From Candidatus Latescibacterota bacterium (lineage in GTDB: Bacteria > Latescibacterota > UBA2968 > GCA-2709665), in contig OZ242180.1 of NCBI GenBank assembly GCA_965205485.1, forward strand, positions 320,001-384,000: a stretch of 64,000 nucleotides of DNA. The letters are read 5' to 3'. Below, in pieces: positions 39,317 to 49,353 of the stretch. The notes below the pieces were generated by a model that saw nothing but the letters and a program-made list of their open reading frames with translations, ran no database searches and was not told where the DNA came from. The position numbers and the translations under genes were made by a program. How positions within the stretch are numbered: the stretch's first letter is position 1; each line of letters begins with the position of its first letter.

Positions 39317-40291
39317 TTACCCGTCCTCCCGCCGGTATTCCGGATTCACCAGGTTCTCCGGTTCTTTTCCCTGCAGCACCCTGCGGGTCTCCATAGCGGC
39401 GCGTTCCCGAAGTTCGATCAGGGATTCCGCCGAATAAAACGCCGCATGTGGCGTATGGATCACCTGGGGCATCGCAATGAGCCGGTCGCCCTCGCCCGGC
39501 GGCTCGACGACGCGGACATCCAGGGCGGCCCCCGCGATCTCGCCGGCGTCCAGCGCATCTGCCAGCGCGGACTCGTCCACAATATCGCCTCGTGAGGTAT
39601 TGATCAGGCAGGCCGTGGGTTTCATCTTGCTCAACGCGTCCGCATCGATGAGCGCCCGCGTCGCATCCGTGGAAGGACAATGGAGCGAAACGTAATCCGA
39701 CGTGTCCAGCAACACATCCAACGTCACGGCCTCGACGCCGCCGGCCGCGACGGTCCCGGGCGCCAGCGACGGCGCCGTCGCGACTACGCGAAGCCCGAAC
39801 GGCGCCGCACGGGCCGCGACTTCACGGGCGATGCGGCCGAAACCGACAAGCCCCAGCGTCCGCCCGGTCAGGCGATTCAGGGGCAGGCATGCCTGTATAT
39901 CCCATACATCCCCCCGAACCGAACGGTCAAAACCCGCCACTTTGCGAGACAGCGCCAATAGCAGCGCCATCGCGTGTTCCGCCACGTCCGCCATGCAATA
40001 GTCCGGCACGTACGCCACGGGAATCTTCCGGGCGGTTGCGAAGGCCACGTCGATATTGTCCAACCCCACGCCGTATCGCGTGACCACCTTCAGACCCGGC
40101 AGCGCGGCCTCGATGACCCGCCTCGTGGTCTGGGCCCAGCAGGTCATGATGCCGCTGGCGCCGACGGCCAGCCGCGCCAGCGTTGCTTCGCTGCCATCCG
40201 GCGCGGCTACAAGTTCGACCCCGATGTCCTCAAGGACGACCTGTTCCACGCTGAGGTCGGCCCACGCATAGTCCGTAACCATGACCCGCAT
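39317..40291 (-). CDS. D-isomer-specific 2-hydroxyacid dehydrogenase (CtBP-like)
   Basis: RYGVGLDNID; GFGRIA; NTSRG; ALDV..EP; TPHAAF. Confidence 0.9.
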   Translation of the reverse strand: MRVMVTDYAWADLSVEQVVLEDIGVELVAAPDGSEATLARLAVGASGIMTCWAQTTRRVIEAALPGLKVVTRYGVGLDNIDVAFATARKIPVAYVPDYCMADVAEHAMALLLALSRKVAGFDRSVRGDVWDIQACLPLNRLTGRTLGLVGFGRIAREVAARAAPFGLRVVATAPSLAPGTVAAGGVEAVTLDVLLDTSDYVSLHCPSTDATRALIDADALSKMKPTACLINTSRGDIVDESALADALDAGEIAGAALDVRVVEPPGEGDRLIAMPQVIHTPHAAFYSAESLIELRERAAMETRRVLQGKEPENLVNPEYRREDG

Positions 40292-40313
40292 CAGAATCCC
40301 TCCGGTCGATCTC

Positions 40314-41678
40314 CTACACGTCATTCCTCGACGGGTTCTGCCCGCAAAAGCGACAAACGATATCGAAGAGCACGCGGGTAGCGAAAACCAGGTTCTCCAC
40401 GGAGGTTCGTTCGTCGTGTCCGTGAATCAGCCGCCATTCCTCGTCTCCAGGGGCTCCCCTGTAGGGCATGAACCCGTACACCTGCGTCGACGGCCTCCGC
40501 GGACAGATGTGTTTGGCATCCGTGCCCCCCGTGGATTGCGACGGCACGACGCGCGCGCCCGGATCGTGATCCGCCATCACCTCCACGATTGTCCGGTACA
40601 GCGGCGAGTCGATCCCGGCCTCCAGAGGGGGGCTGTACTGGTCCACGTCGATCCGGATGTCGTCTCCGATGAGCGGACGGATCTCCTGAAAGAAACTCGC
40701 ATCCGTCTGTCCGGGCGCCAGCCTGCCGTCCACCCACGCGGAGGCCTCGGCGGGAATCACGTTAATCTTCTGTCCGGCTTCCAGCATCGTCACGGAAGCT
40801 GTATTTCGCAGCGACGCGCGCAGATTCGACACGATATCGGACGCCAGCGGAAGCGATTCGAGCGCCTCCTCGCTGTGTTTGGGCTCCAGGACACGACGCA
40901 GCCGGTTCGCGGTGCCGGCATCCTGCGTTCCGGCGATGTTTTCGAGAAACGCCCGGACCGTTCCTGAAGGATGCATCGGCAACTCGGCCCGTCCCAGCGC
41001 GGCGACCGCTTCCGACAGCCTCACCACGGCGTTTTCCCGGTGCGGCCTGGAACCGTGTCCGGGCCGCCCGCCGGCCGTCATCCGGAATCTGCAGATCCCC
41101 TTCTGCCCCGTCTGGCAGGTATAGAACCGGGCATCGCCCACCCTGAATTCCGCGCCGCCGCCCTCCGTCAGCACAAACGGCGCCTCCACCTGCTCCGGAT
41201 GGTTGTCCAGCAGCCAGCCGACGCCGTGGTCTCCCTTGCCCGCCTCTTCATCCGCCGTGGCCGCGAATATCACGTCACGCTTCAGACGGATCCGTTGTCG
41301 CTTCATCAACAGAAACACCATCAACTCCGCCGCGACCATGTTCTTCATATCCAGCGCGCCGCGGCCCCAGACGTACCCGTCGTGCACCTGCCCGCCGAAC
41401 GGCGGATGCCGCCACCGGTCGGGTTCGACCGCGACCACGTCGGTATGTCCCAGCAATAACAGCGGTTCGCCGCCTCCGGACAGCCGCGCTGTCACGTTTC
41501 CCCGCCCCGTCTCCGACTCGGTAACCAGCGGATCGACACCCTCGCTTTGCAACACGCCGGCGAGGTACTTTGCGGCGAGTATCTCGTTCCCCGGAGGATT
41601 GGTCGTGTCCAGGCGGATCAGGTCCAGAAGATATCCCGTCACCTCCTCACGGACTGCATTCCAGTCGATCTGTTCCAA
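40314..41678 (-). CDS. M20/M25/M40 metallo-hydrolase
   Basis: GHTDVV; GRGALDMK; ADEE; GHGS; IHGHDE. Confidence 0.9.
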   Translation of the reverse strand: MEQIDWNAVREEVTGYLLDLIRLDTTNPPGNEILAAKYLAGVLQSEGVDPLVTESETGRGNVTARLSGGGEPLLLLGHTDVVAVEPDRWRHPPFGGQVHDGYVWGRGALDMKNMVAAELMVFLLMKRQRIRLKRDVIFAATADEEAGKGDHGVGWLLDNHPEQVEAPFVLTEGGGAEFRVGDARFYTCQTGQKGICRFRMTAGGRPGHGSRPHRENAVVRLSEAVAALGRAELPMHPSGTVRAFLENIAGTQDAGTANRLRRVLEPKHSEEALESLPLASDIVSNLRASLRNTASVTMLEAGQKINVIPAEASAWVDGRLAPGQTDASFFQEIRPLIGDDIRIDVDQYSPPLEAGIDSPLYRTIVEVMADHDPGARVVPSQSTGGTDAKHICPRRPSTQVYGFMPYRGAPGDEEWRLIHGHDERTSVENLVFATRVLFDIVCRFCGQNPSRNDV

Positions 41679-41781
41679 TCCTGCCTCCCGGAGAAACTGC
41701 CTTCATTGCAGCCAGGGTTCCTGAGCAGCCTCCATCCGGCGCGGCCCCGGAAACGCACGCAACGCGGTCGGCAGACGATTC

Positions 41782-43233
41782 TCAAAGATCCAGCGACGAC
41801 GCCGACCAGTCTTCCAGTGGGGTGAACCGCGTGGTGTCCAGATCGAACCCGTAACCGAATGGCCCATCGACGACGCTGCCGATATCCAGCCGGCCGCCAT
41901 GCACGTCCAGCGTTGGAAATCCGGCTTCGTGTCGCCGGTAGAGCGTTCCGTGATGCCGGAGAACCTGCGCCTGCACGTCCCGGGGATACATGCTCAACCC
42001 CGTGAAATAGTGATGACCGTTGCGCTCCGTATGCCCCACGCCGAGGTTTGCTGCCACCGCCAGGTCCTGCAGCAGCGCGACCGGGCCGACGTTCCCAAGA
42101 TCTTCGCTGCTCAGCACGTATTTCCGGCCGGGTTCCTTCTCTCGTCTGTCCGCGATGAGACAGGCATTGGCAACGCCTTTGAAGATCCCCTTGCAATTCT
42201 TGTGACTGGTTCCAGCGTAACCCAGTTCCAGGGCCTCCGCCGCACTGGCCAGCGTCCCGTCGGACTCGTCGATAATCATCGGCGGACTGTCCGGCCAGTC
42301 GCGCAGCGCGCGGCCCACGGCCGCGCCCAGGGCGACGTCCCTCCTCAGCGGCTGCTCCACAAACAACAGCCTTCCCATGAACCCGTCGAGCGACGGATCC
42401 GCCGTAATGGATTCCCATAGGGCGCGGAACGGATCGATTTCGGTGTACTGCTCGTTCCCGTCCAGCGTAAACGCATAGCCGGAACCGGAATGTCGATCCA
42501 TCAATGCCGCAATGTCCTTCAGCCGTTCCGCGTCCTGATCCGAATCGCCGCACAGCTTGATTTTCAGATGCGATAGACCGTACGTCTTTATACTGGCTTC
42601 GAGAGATTGCGGAAGGCCGTCGTCCACGCGTTCGTCCGCCTGGATGTCCGCATCTGTCAGGGGATCGGTCAACCCCACGGTATGGCGCGCCACAATCGAC
42701 CTGCTCGCGCGTTCGGGCAGCAACGCCCGGGGTTCGACTCCCTCCAGGTCCGGCTGAATCTCTCCCATCCGAAAGCCGAAACCATTCTCTCGCAGCGCGA
42801 TTTCGAACGCGGCGCCGGTTGCCCGGCAGAACGCGTCCATAAGAGCCCGCTCAACAAGGCTCACGCCGAAACCCCACAGCAGCGGCGGGTACGGCGTGGA
42901 TGCAGCCCATTCATCCTGACCGTTGTAGATTTCCCGCCAGAAACCATAGACGGATTCCGCCGGGTCCGCCGCCAGAGCAAGCCGGCAGGCCTGACGGATG
43001 ACGGCCAGCATTTCCTCGAGGTCGTCTTCGAACGACGCCTCGGGGTTCTTGGTAAACCACTTGGGCGGCAGCCCGTCCGCCGCAAGTCCCACTTCCCGGC
43101 GTCCGTCCATCTCCGCGGTCACACGGACGAACAGATGGGGGACGGCGACGAGAGATGCGATCCCGTACCGGAAGGGCATCCGCGCTCTCATGTTCAGGAC
43201 GTTGAGGTCAATTTCCTTAATCGCGATTGACAT
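41782..43233 (-). CDS. Enolase-superfamily (mandelate racemase-like) protein
   Basis: KIK; TLDGNE; FVEQP; IDES metal-ligand pattern. Confidence 0.7.
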   Translation of the reverse strand: MSIAIKEIDLNVLNMRARMPFRYGIASLVAVPHLFVRVTAEMDGRREVGLAADGLPPKWFTKNPEASFEDDLEEMLAVIRQACRLALAADPAESVYGFWREIYNGQDEWAASTPYPPLLWGFGVSLVERALMDAFCRATGAAFEIALRENGFGFRMGEIQPDLEGVEPRALLPERASRSIVARHTVGLTDPLTDADIQADERVDDGLPQSLEASIKTYGLSHLKIKLCGDSDQDAERLKDIAALMDRHSGSGYAFTLDGNEQYTEIDPFRALWESITADPSLDGFMGRLLFVEQPLRRDVALGAAVGRALRDWPDSPPMIIDESDGTLASAAEALELGYAGTSHKNCKGIFKGVANACLIADRREKEPGRKYVLSSEDLGNVGPVALLQDLAVAANLGVGHTERNGHHYFTGLSMYPRDVQAQVLRHHGTLYRRHEAGFPTLDVHGGRLDIGSVVDGPFGYGFDLDTTRFTPLEDWSASSLDL

Positions 43234-43240
43234 TGATCGA

Positions 43241-44077
43241 TCAATTCCCGTCCAATCCTAACACGCGCACCGCATTGCGATGCAGGATGTCCTCCAACGC
43301 CTCGGGATCGTCCACCATCCGTTTCAGGAAAGGCAGACTCTTCGCCGCAAAACATCCCGGGGGATAGTCGGTTCCCCGTCCATCCACACAAGGGCAATCC
43401 GTGGCGAACAGCAGCTTCCTCCGGTGGCGCGTCAGAAAGTCCCTTCCGAATGCCTCGTCCCGCGTAATGGCCCCCAGTCCCGACCCGGCGGACAGGTCCG
43501 CATACACGTTCTCGTAGTCGCACAGCAGCCGGTCCGCCAGTCCGCCCGGAACCACTGGACCCGTAGGGTATAGCGTCTCCTCCGGCGGAGGCACTTCAGC
43601 GCTGATATTGGCCCACCATGACTGCGCGTGTCCGATGAACCTGATGTCAGGAAACTTGCGCACGAGCGTCTCCAGATGCACGATTCCCTGGTTGTAACCT
43701 CGTCTCCCCTCCTGGAAATGCCACGTAACGGGCCAGCGCATCTCGTTGCAGAAGGCCAACACGCGCTCCAGACCGGGATGATTCAAAGGCAGGTGCTGTT
43801 TCTGCTCCCCGTATCCTCTGAACACTCCCGTTGCCGCGCGTCGTTCGAGCTCCGCAACCGCGTCGTCCCGCGTCACGTCCACGTGGCAGAAGGGAATGAC
43901 TCTGTCCGGGTACTGCTCATGCGCCTGAGCCACCGTTTCGGTGAGCCACTCGTACTCCCTGTCGGCCGTCTCGATCGGCAGGAATACGGCTTTCTCCGCC
44001 CCGATACCGTCGATATGCCCGATCGTATTCTCGATACTCCTGCCCAGATGTCCGATATGCAGATGGGCATCGATCAT
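43241..44077 (-). CDS. Amidohydrolase-family protein
   Basis: IDAHLH; IGH; LLFATDCP; ILHRNA. Confidence 0.85.
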   Translation of the reverse strand: MIDAHLHIGHLGRSIENTIGHIDGIGAEKAVFLPIETADREYEWLTETVAQAHEQYPDRVIPFCHVDVTRDDAVAELERRAATGVFRGYGEQKQHLPLNHPGLERVLAFCNEMRWPVTWHFQEGRRGYNQGIVHLETLVRKFPDIRFIGHAQSWWANISAEVPPPEETLYPTGPVVPGGLADRLLCDYENVYADLSAGSGLGAITRDEAFGRDFLTRHRRKLLFATDCPCVDGRGTDYPPGCFAAKSLPFLKRMVDDPEALEDILHRNAVRVLGLDGN

Positions 44078-45171
44078 CGGCTAAGCTCCTCCTTCAATCG
44101 ACGGCCGACGATCTCCTCATCGCCGGGCGTCAGCGTCATCGGATCCACCACGATTCCACTCCCGCTTGAACGGACCACGACCGGCGGCTCCCCTTCCCGC
44201 ATAGCCCGTATCACCCGGAGGGTTTCACTTTTATCCAGATCAACGTACGCCCTGGGTGCGAAATCGGGAGAAGCCTGCTGGCCCTCGCCCAATACATACG
44301 TTGTGGCGCCGGGTACCTCCGCCGCGAGTTCAACCACCCGCTTCGCCTGGCGACGCCAGGTTGTCCGGTCCTCCTCGTCGCTCCCGTCCAGAAACAGGTC
44401 CACCGCCGCCAACAGCCCGAGGATTTCTTCCTTGCCCACCTTCATGCCGCGGCCCACGGCGCTGAACGGACTGGCATTCAATCGGACCGCGTCCACGTAA
44501 TCGCTCTTTCCCAGGACCAGACCCGTACACTGGGGGCCCCGAAGACCCTTGCCGCCGCTGAATACAACCAGGCTCGCGCCGACGCCTGCAACCTCCGTGA
44601 GATTTGTCCTGGGCGGAAGCTGCGCCGCGGCGTCTACCACCACCGGGACTCCTATCCGGCCGGCCCCGGCAACCACCTCTTCGAGCTGCGCCTTACTCTG
44701 CGTACCCAGGAAGTGGACCACGGCCGCCGTCCGCTCCGTGATCCCGCCCAGAATGTCCCCGGCCGTCACTTCCGTCGTGCTGCCCACCCGCACCAGTCTG
44801 CCGCCGCAGACCTCGATCCCCTGATGAATATAGGTATGGGAGTCCACGAGACTGACCACGAACTCATTCCGCCAGCCTTCGGTATGCGGCAATGCCCGGG
44901 CCCTCTTCTCGTCCGTACCCGTCAGGCAGGCTGCCGCGCTCAGCTGCATGCCGCTTGCCGCGCCGCACGACACGAACGCCGCCTCGACGCCGATCTTTTC
45001 CGCCAGGTAAAGGCCCGCCCGTTCGTTCAGTTCAGGAAGATCGACGAACGCTCCCGCCGCCGCCTGCATGGCATCCAGCACTTCGGCCGGCATCAGACTT
45101 CCGCCGAGGGTCGTAATCGTCCCACTTGCGTTGATGAACGGTCTTACCCCCAGGTCCTTGTAGTTTACCAT
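44074..45171 (-). CDS. SelA-like PLP-dependent enzyme (DgaE-like)
   Basis: INASGTITTLGGS; VDAAA; FSGGKGLRGPQ; GRGMKVGKEEI. Confidence 0.82.
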   Translation of the reverse strand: MVNYKDLGVRPFINASGTITTLGGSLMPAEVLDAMQAAAGAFVDLPELNERAGLYLAEKIGVEAAFVSCGAASGMQLSAAACLTGTDEKRARALPHTEGWRNEFVVSLVDSHTYIHQGIEVCGGRLVRVGSTTEVTAGDILGGITERTAAVVHFLGTQSKAQLEEVVAGAGRIGVPVVVDAAAQLPPRTNLTEVAGVGASLVVFSGGKGLRGPQCTGLVLGKSDYVDAVRLNASPFSAVGRGMKVGKEEILGLLAAVDLFLDGSDEEDRTTWRRQAKRVVELAAEVPGATTYVLGEGQQASPDFAPRAYVDLDKSETLRVIRAMREGEPPVVVRSSGSGIVVDPMTLTPGDEEIVGRRLKEELSR

Positions 45172-45389
45172 GATATCCTCTGGTGTTGACGTTGCGAAAA
45201 GCCGTGTCTTTTAATCTTGATTCGAAATTATCCTGGGACCTGAATGTCGAAAATCCACAGAAGAACAAGGGCGAATTGAAGTCAAAGTTCCCGGATACTT
45301 GGGGTCACTGGACGTGAGCGGTAGATCATCCATTTGTACGACCTTGATGCCCCGCTTTTGCGCTGTTACCTTTTGTGCTTTTTGTGGTA

Positions 45390-45419
45390 GATTTCGCCTA
45401 TGCCGATTTCGCCTATGCC
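45390..45419. repeat. Perfect 15-bp tandem duplication
   Basis: GATTTCGCCTATGCC x2. Confidence 0.85.
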
Positions 45420-45436
45420 TTTCTTTGGGATTGAGG

Positions 45437-46219
45437 TTACGCATAGGGGAAATTCCGATTCCTGTCGGCCCTGGACAGTTCGACCAGAAACCTGCCAGTG
45501 CCTTCGATGCTCGAATCGATGACGATCCTGCCCTTTTCCCGGGATGCACGGGTTGCGTCCCCGCCGGCGGACGCCGGCATGTAAAGGTGCCAGGGCCTGA
45601 CGAAATCCACCTGGAACTCCGTCAGCACCTCCAGCGCCGGCTGCATCCGCGGATTATCGCCGATCTTCGCCTCATGGACGAGGTCGGGCCGCAGATAGAG
45701 CATCTGAGAGGTCTCCTCCTCGCCCGCGTGGTCGCTCGGCTTTTCGCAGGCCTGCCGCGCCTCCCGTGACGCGCAGGAAGACGCCTGTATCATGCAGACG
45801 AATGCGCCGTCTTCGGCGGCCAGGTCGCGCATTGCCGCCCGGATCACGTCCGGATTGCCTCCATGGGCGTTGACGAATACGACCTTGTCGATACCATCCG
45901 CCTCACACATTTTTACGAGGTCCTTCAGCAGGGCCATGAACGTGGACACACGCATGCGACAGGCGAAAGGAAAGGCGCGAAAGTTGTTGTTCAGGCTGAT
46001 ACGGACGGTGGGCAGGCAAACCACACTCCCGCCCTGTCTGTTCGCCGCCCGGGTGGCGCCGTAGGCGATTGCCTCGGCGCGATAACTGTCCGTACCGTAT
46101 GGCAGCGCGGGCCCGTGCGGTTCCGTCGACCCAACCGGTATTACGGCAACGATCGGCTTCAGCCTCCTGACCTGGTCGATCGTCATTTCTTCCAGAATTC
46201 CGGAAAAACTCTCGGCCAT
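45437..46219 (-). CDS. Creatininase-family amidohydrolase
   Basis: PVGSTEPHGPALPYGTD; NAHGGN; DHAGEEETS; GGAGG RBS. Confidence 0.9.
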   Translation of the reverse strand: MAESFSGILEEMTIDQVRRLKPIVAVIPVGSTEPHGPALPYGTDSYRAEAIAYGATRAANRQGGSVVCLPTVRISLNNNFRAFPFACRMRVSTFMALLKDLVKMCEADGIDKVVFVNAHGGNPDVIRAAMRDLAAEDGAFVCMIQASSCASREARQACEKPSDHAGEEETSQMLYLRPDLVHEAKIGDNPRMQPALEVLTEFQVDFVRPWHLYMPASAGGDATRASREKGRIVIDSSIEGTGRFLVELSRADRNRNFPYA

Positions 46220-46249
46220 AACCTCCCCCTGACTGGAATTGGCGAGCAC

Positions 46250-46278
46250 AAGATAGGCCCGCGCCCCGACCCTGTCAA
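46250..46278 (-). promoter_or_regulatory. Sigma70-type promoter of the creatininase gene
   Basis: Minus strand TTGACA-17 nt-TATCTT. Confidence 0.6.
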
Positions 46279-46349
46279 GGTGTCGCGGATCAGGGCTTGC
46301 GCCGCGTCTGTCCGTGCGCCAAAAAGCGCTCTCACACACAGACTTTTGC

Positions 46350-46378
46350 TTGACCCCGATTTGCGGATTCGGTAAATT
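46350..46378 (+). promoter_or_regulatory. Sigma70-type promoter of aroC
   Basis: TTGACC-17 nt-TAAATT. Confidence 0.5.
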
Positions 46379-46456
46379 GAGGCCGTTTCCGGCGGGGCGG
46401 GACAACGGCTTCGCGAGCCGGAAATCCAGGGAAATTCAGGCAGGAGCGAACGTCGC

Positions 46457-47548
46457 ATGGGCAACACATTCGGCCGCCTCTTCCGCATCACCACGTGGGG
46501 CGAGTCTCACGGCGGCGGAGTGGGCGTTGTAATTGACGGCTGCCCGCCGGATCTCGAAGTAACGTCGTCGGAGATCCAGACCGAACTGGACCGGCGCAGA
46601 CCCGGCCAGAGCAGGATTACCACCCAGCGCAGGGAAGAAGACCGCGTCGAAATCCTTTCCGGTGTCTTCGAAGGCAGGACCCTTGGTACGCCCATCTCGC
46701 TGATTGTCAGGAACAGAGACGCCCGATCCAGAGACTACGAGGAAATGCGGGTCAAGTACCGCCCGTCCCATGCCGACTTCACCTATCAGGCGAAATACGG
46801 AATTCGGGACTGGCAGGGCGGCGGGCGGGCCAGCGCGAGGGAGACCATAGGTCGCGTGGCAGCCGGCGCGATCGCGCGTAAAATCCTGCATCAGGCGCTG
46901 GGGGTCGAGATCGTGGCCTTTGTCAGACGAGTGCGCAACCTGACGGCCGAGGTCGACCCCGATGTGGTTACGCGGGACCGGATCGAATCCAACATCGTTC
47001 GCTGCCCCGATTCCGACATCGCCGGTCAGATGATCGAACAGATCGAGCAGGCCCGCAAGGACGGCGACTCCCTCGGCGGCGTCGTGGAGGCCGTGGCCCG
47101 GAACGTGCCGCCCGGTCTGGGTGAACCCGTATTCGACAAACTGGAAGCCGACCTGGGCAAAGCCATCCTCTCTCTGCCGGCATGCAAGGGATTCGAAGTC
47201 GGATCCGGTTTTGCAGGCACGAAACTCACCGGTTCCAGCCACAACGATCCGTTCTACAACGACGGAGAGAGGATACGCACGCGCACCAACCGTTCCGGTG
47301 GTATTCAGGGCGGCATCTCCAACGGCGAGAACATCGTGGTCCGCGCCGCATTCAAACCGACCGCAACCATCCTCAAGACTCAGGAAACCGTGGATATTCA
47401 CGGCAACCCCGCCACGTTATCGGGCCGGGGCCGCCACGATCCCTGCGTCCTGCCTCGCGCGGTGCCGATGGTCGAATCCATGATCGCGCTCGTCCTGGCC
47501 GACCACTATCTTCTCCACAGGGGGCGATGCGGAACCGGAGGGACCTGA
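46457..47548 (+). CDS. aroC: Chorismate synthase
   Basis: [30 protein letters not shown]. Confidence 0.97.
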   Translation: MGNTFGRLFRITTWGESHGGGVGVVIDGCPPDLEVTSSEIQTELDRRRPGQSRITTQRREEDRVEILSGVFEGRTLGTPISLIVRNRDARSRDYEEMRVKYRPSHADFTYQAKYGIRDWQGGGRASARETIGRVAAGAIARKILHQALGVEIVAFVRRVRNLTAEVDPDVVTRDRIESNIVRCPDSDIAGQMIEQIEQARKDGDSLGGVVEAVARNVPPGLGEPVFDKLEADLGKAILSLPACKGFEVGSGFAGTKLTGSSHNDPFYNDGERIRTRTNRSGGIQGGISNGENIVVRAAFKPTATILKTQETVDIHGNPATLSGRGRHDPCVLPRAVPMVESMIALVLADHYLLHRGRCGTGGT

Positions 47549-47578
47549 TCAGGCTTACCGGCGCCTCATCCGGTTCCG

Positions 47579-49258
47579 ATGGCTGACGGTTCAATCAGCA
47601 TGGATTCCCGGATCTTCACATGCATCAAGAACGGCCGCCCTCACGTCTATCGCTTTCCGTGGAAGAACTTCACGCACCTTCTTCGGCACAGGGCATCGCA
47701 CGGCAAGGATCACGCGGCAATCGTCTTCCGCGACCTGGACCGGGAAGAACGGTCGATTGTCACGTACGGAGATCTCAACCGGCGGACGTCCGCGCTGGCA
47801 TGCCGGCTTCACGATGACTATGGCATCGGCCCCGGCGACCGTGTATCCCTGGCCATGCCCAATTGTCCCCAGCTACTTTTGATCACCCAGGCCCTCTTCC
47901 GTCTTGGCGCGACCGCCGTCCCGCTGGATCTCAGGCGCGACGCGCCGGAACGGAAACGATACAAGCTCGAGGACTCCCGAGTCAAATTGCTGTGCGTCCT
48001 TCCTGACCACCTGGACTCCGAACGGAAAGTCGCGCCGGAAGTCCCGATCGCGGCCACGGACAGCCTTTTACGTGGCGACAACGATCGGCACGCCGACCTC
48101 GAACCGGAGTGGAGCGGCGACCCCCTTGAAGAACAGGCGACGGGGATCATCCTCTATACGTCCGGAACAACCGGCAAGCCCAAGGGCGTCCTGCTCACGC
48201 GGCAGAGCATCGTGAGTAATGCGGACGGCATCGGCCGGTGGCTGCATTTCGACGAAAACGAACGTCTGAGCCTGGTTCTGCCGCTGCATCACGTAAATTC
48301 CACCGTGTTTTCGATCGCGCTGTTCATGGCAGGTGGAACGCTCATTCTCAACTCCCGCTACAGCGCCTCGAAGTTCTGGCCTGTGATCGCAGACGAGAGA
48401 GCCACTTCCTGCAGCATTGTTCCAACGATCATGCGGGACCTTCTTGCCAACGCCGGTACGTTCGAAGCGGCCGGACACGACATTTCCGCCCTGAAGAAGA
48501 TCATGATCGGCAGCGCGCCCGTTCCCGCTGGCCCCGCGGTCCGGTTCCACGATCGTTTCGGAGTACGCCTGATCCAGGGCTACGGCACCACCGAAGTCAG
48601 CCTTCGGGTGACCGGCGTTCCGCCCAGCCTGCCCGATGACGAATACAGGGAGGCACTGGAACAGAACGCCGCCGGGGTGGAACTGGAAAACAACAATATC
48701 TGCCTCGAGGGCGATCCGCCGCCTGGCGAACCCGGTGAGATTCTGGTTCGCGGACCCGTCGTATCCGGAGGGTACCTCAACCGGCCCGCGGCAACGGAGG
48801 AGGTCTTTCAGAACGGCTGGTTTCACACCGGCGACATCGGCTACCGGCGCACGATCGGCGGGCGGGACTACTACGTTGTCCACAGCCGAAAAAAGGAAAT
48901 CGTTATCAAGGGCGGCGTAAACATCTCGCCGATAGCCGTCGAAAACGCCCTTGTGGAAGCCTTTCCCGATCTCGCCGCGGTCTACGTTACCGGCCTCGAG
49001 GACGAACGGTGGGGACAGGACGTGTGTGCCGCGCTCGTCTTCCGCAATGGCATGGCTCCCGAAATGCAGGAGGAAGCAGCCAGGCGTATACTCGACGCGG
49101 GACGAGCAGGAACCGTTGCTAACCTCAATCCCTTCGAAGCACCCTTCAAGACCATACCGTTCGACCCGGACCGCCTGCCGATGACTTCCACGGGAAAGGT
49201 CCAGCGCAGCGTCCTGCGTGAAATCTTACAGGATATGGTTGACAGAGACGAAGCATAA
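47579..49258 (+). CDS. Class I adenylate-forming (acyl/aryl-CoA ligase-like) enzyme
   Basis: YTSGTTGKPKG; QGYGTTE; FHTGDIG; PMTSTGKVQR; start could be 47600. Confidence 0.88.
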   Translation: MADGSISMDSRIFTCIKNGRPHVYRFPWKNFTHLLRHRASHGKDHAAIVFRDLDREERSIVTYGDLNRRTSALACRLHDDYGIGPGDRVSLAMPNCPQLLLITQALFRLGATAVPLDLRRDAPERKRYKLEDSRVKLLCVLPDHLDSERKVAPEVPIAATDSLLRGDNDRHADLEPEWSGDPLEEQATGIILYTSGTTGKPKGVLLTRQSIVSNADGIGRWLHFDENERLSLVLPLHHVNSTVFSIALFMAGGTLILNSRYSASKFWPVIADERATSCSIVPTIMRDLLANAGTFEAAGHDISALKKIMIGSAPVPAGPAVRFHDRFGVRLIQGYGTTEVSLRVTGVPPSLPDDEYREALEQNAAGVELENNNICLEGDPPPGEPGEILVRGPVVSGGYLNRPAATEEVFQNGWFHTGDIGYRRTIGGRDYYVVHSRKKEIVIKGGVNISPIAVENALVEAFPDLAAVYVTGLEDERWGQDVCAALVFRNGMAPEMQEEAARRILDAGRAGTVANLNPFEAPFKTIPFDPDRLPMTSTGKVQRSVLREILQDMVDRDEA

Positions 49259-49259
49259 T

Positions 49260-49334
49260 CGGGCGGGTTTGACCAACGCCGACCGGCGCTATTGCAGCCG
49301 TGCGAAGACCGCTTGGAATTTTAAGGCAGCTTCT
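49260..49334. mobile_element. MITE-like element family A, right-half fragment
   Basis: Near-identical to the last ~75 nt of 32023-32210, including the right TIR. Confidence 0.75.
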
Positions 49335-49353
49335 TAATTAACAGAGGAATCGC

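Noticed and set aside
44074..45171. True selenocysteine synthase SelA serving the selenoprotein
   Set aside because: Short (365 aa), DgaE-like motifs, catabolic context, and no selB/selC/selD nearby
45211..45549. 112-aa minus-strand ORF
   Set aside because: Overlaps the creatininase end and is built partly from repeats; no support
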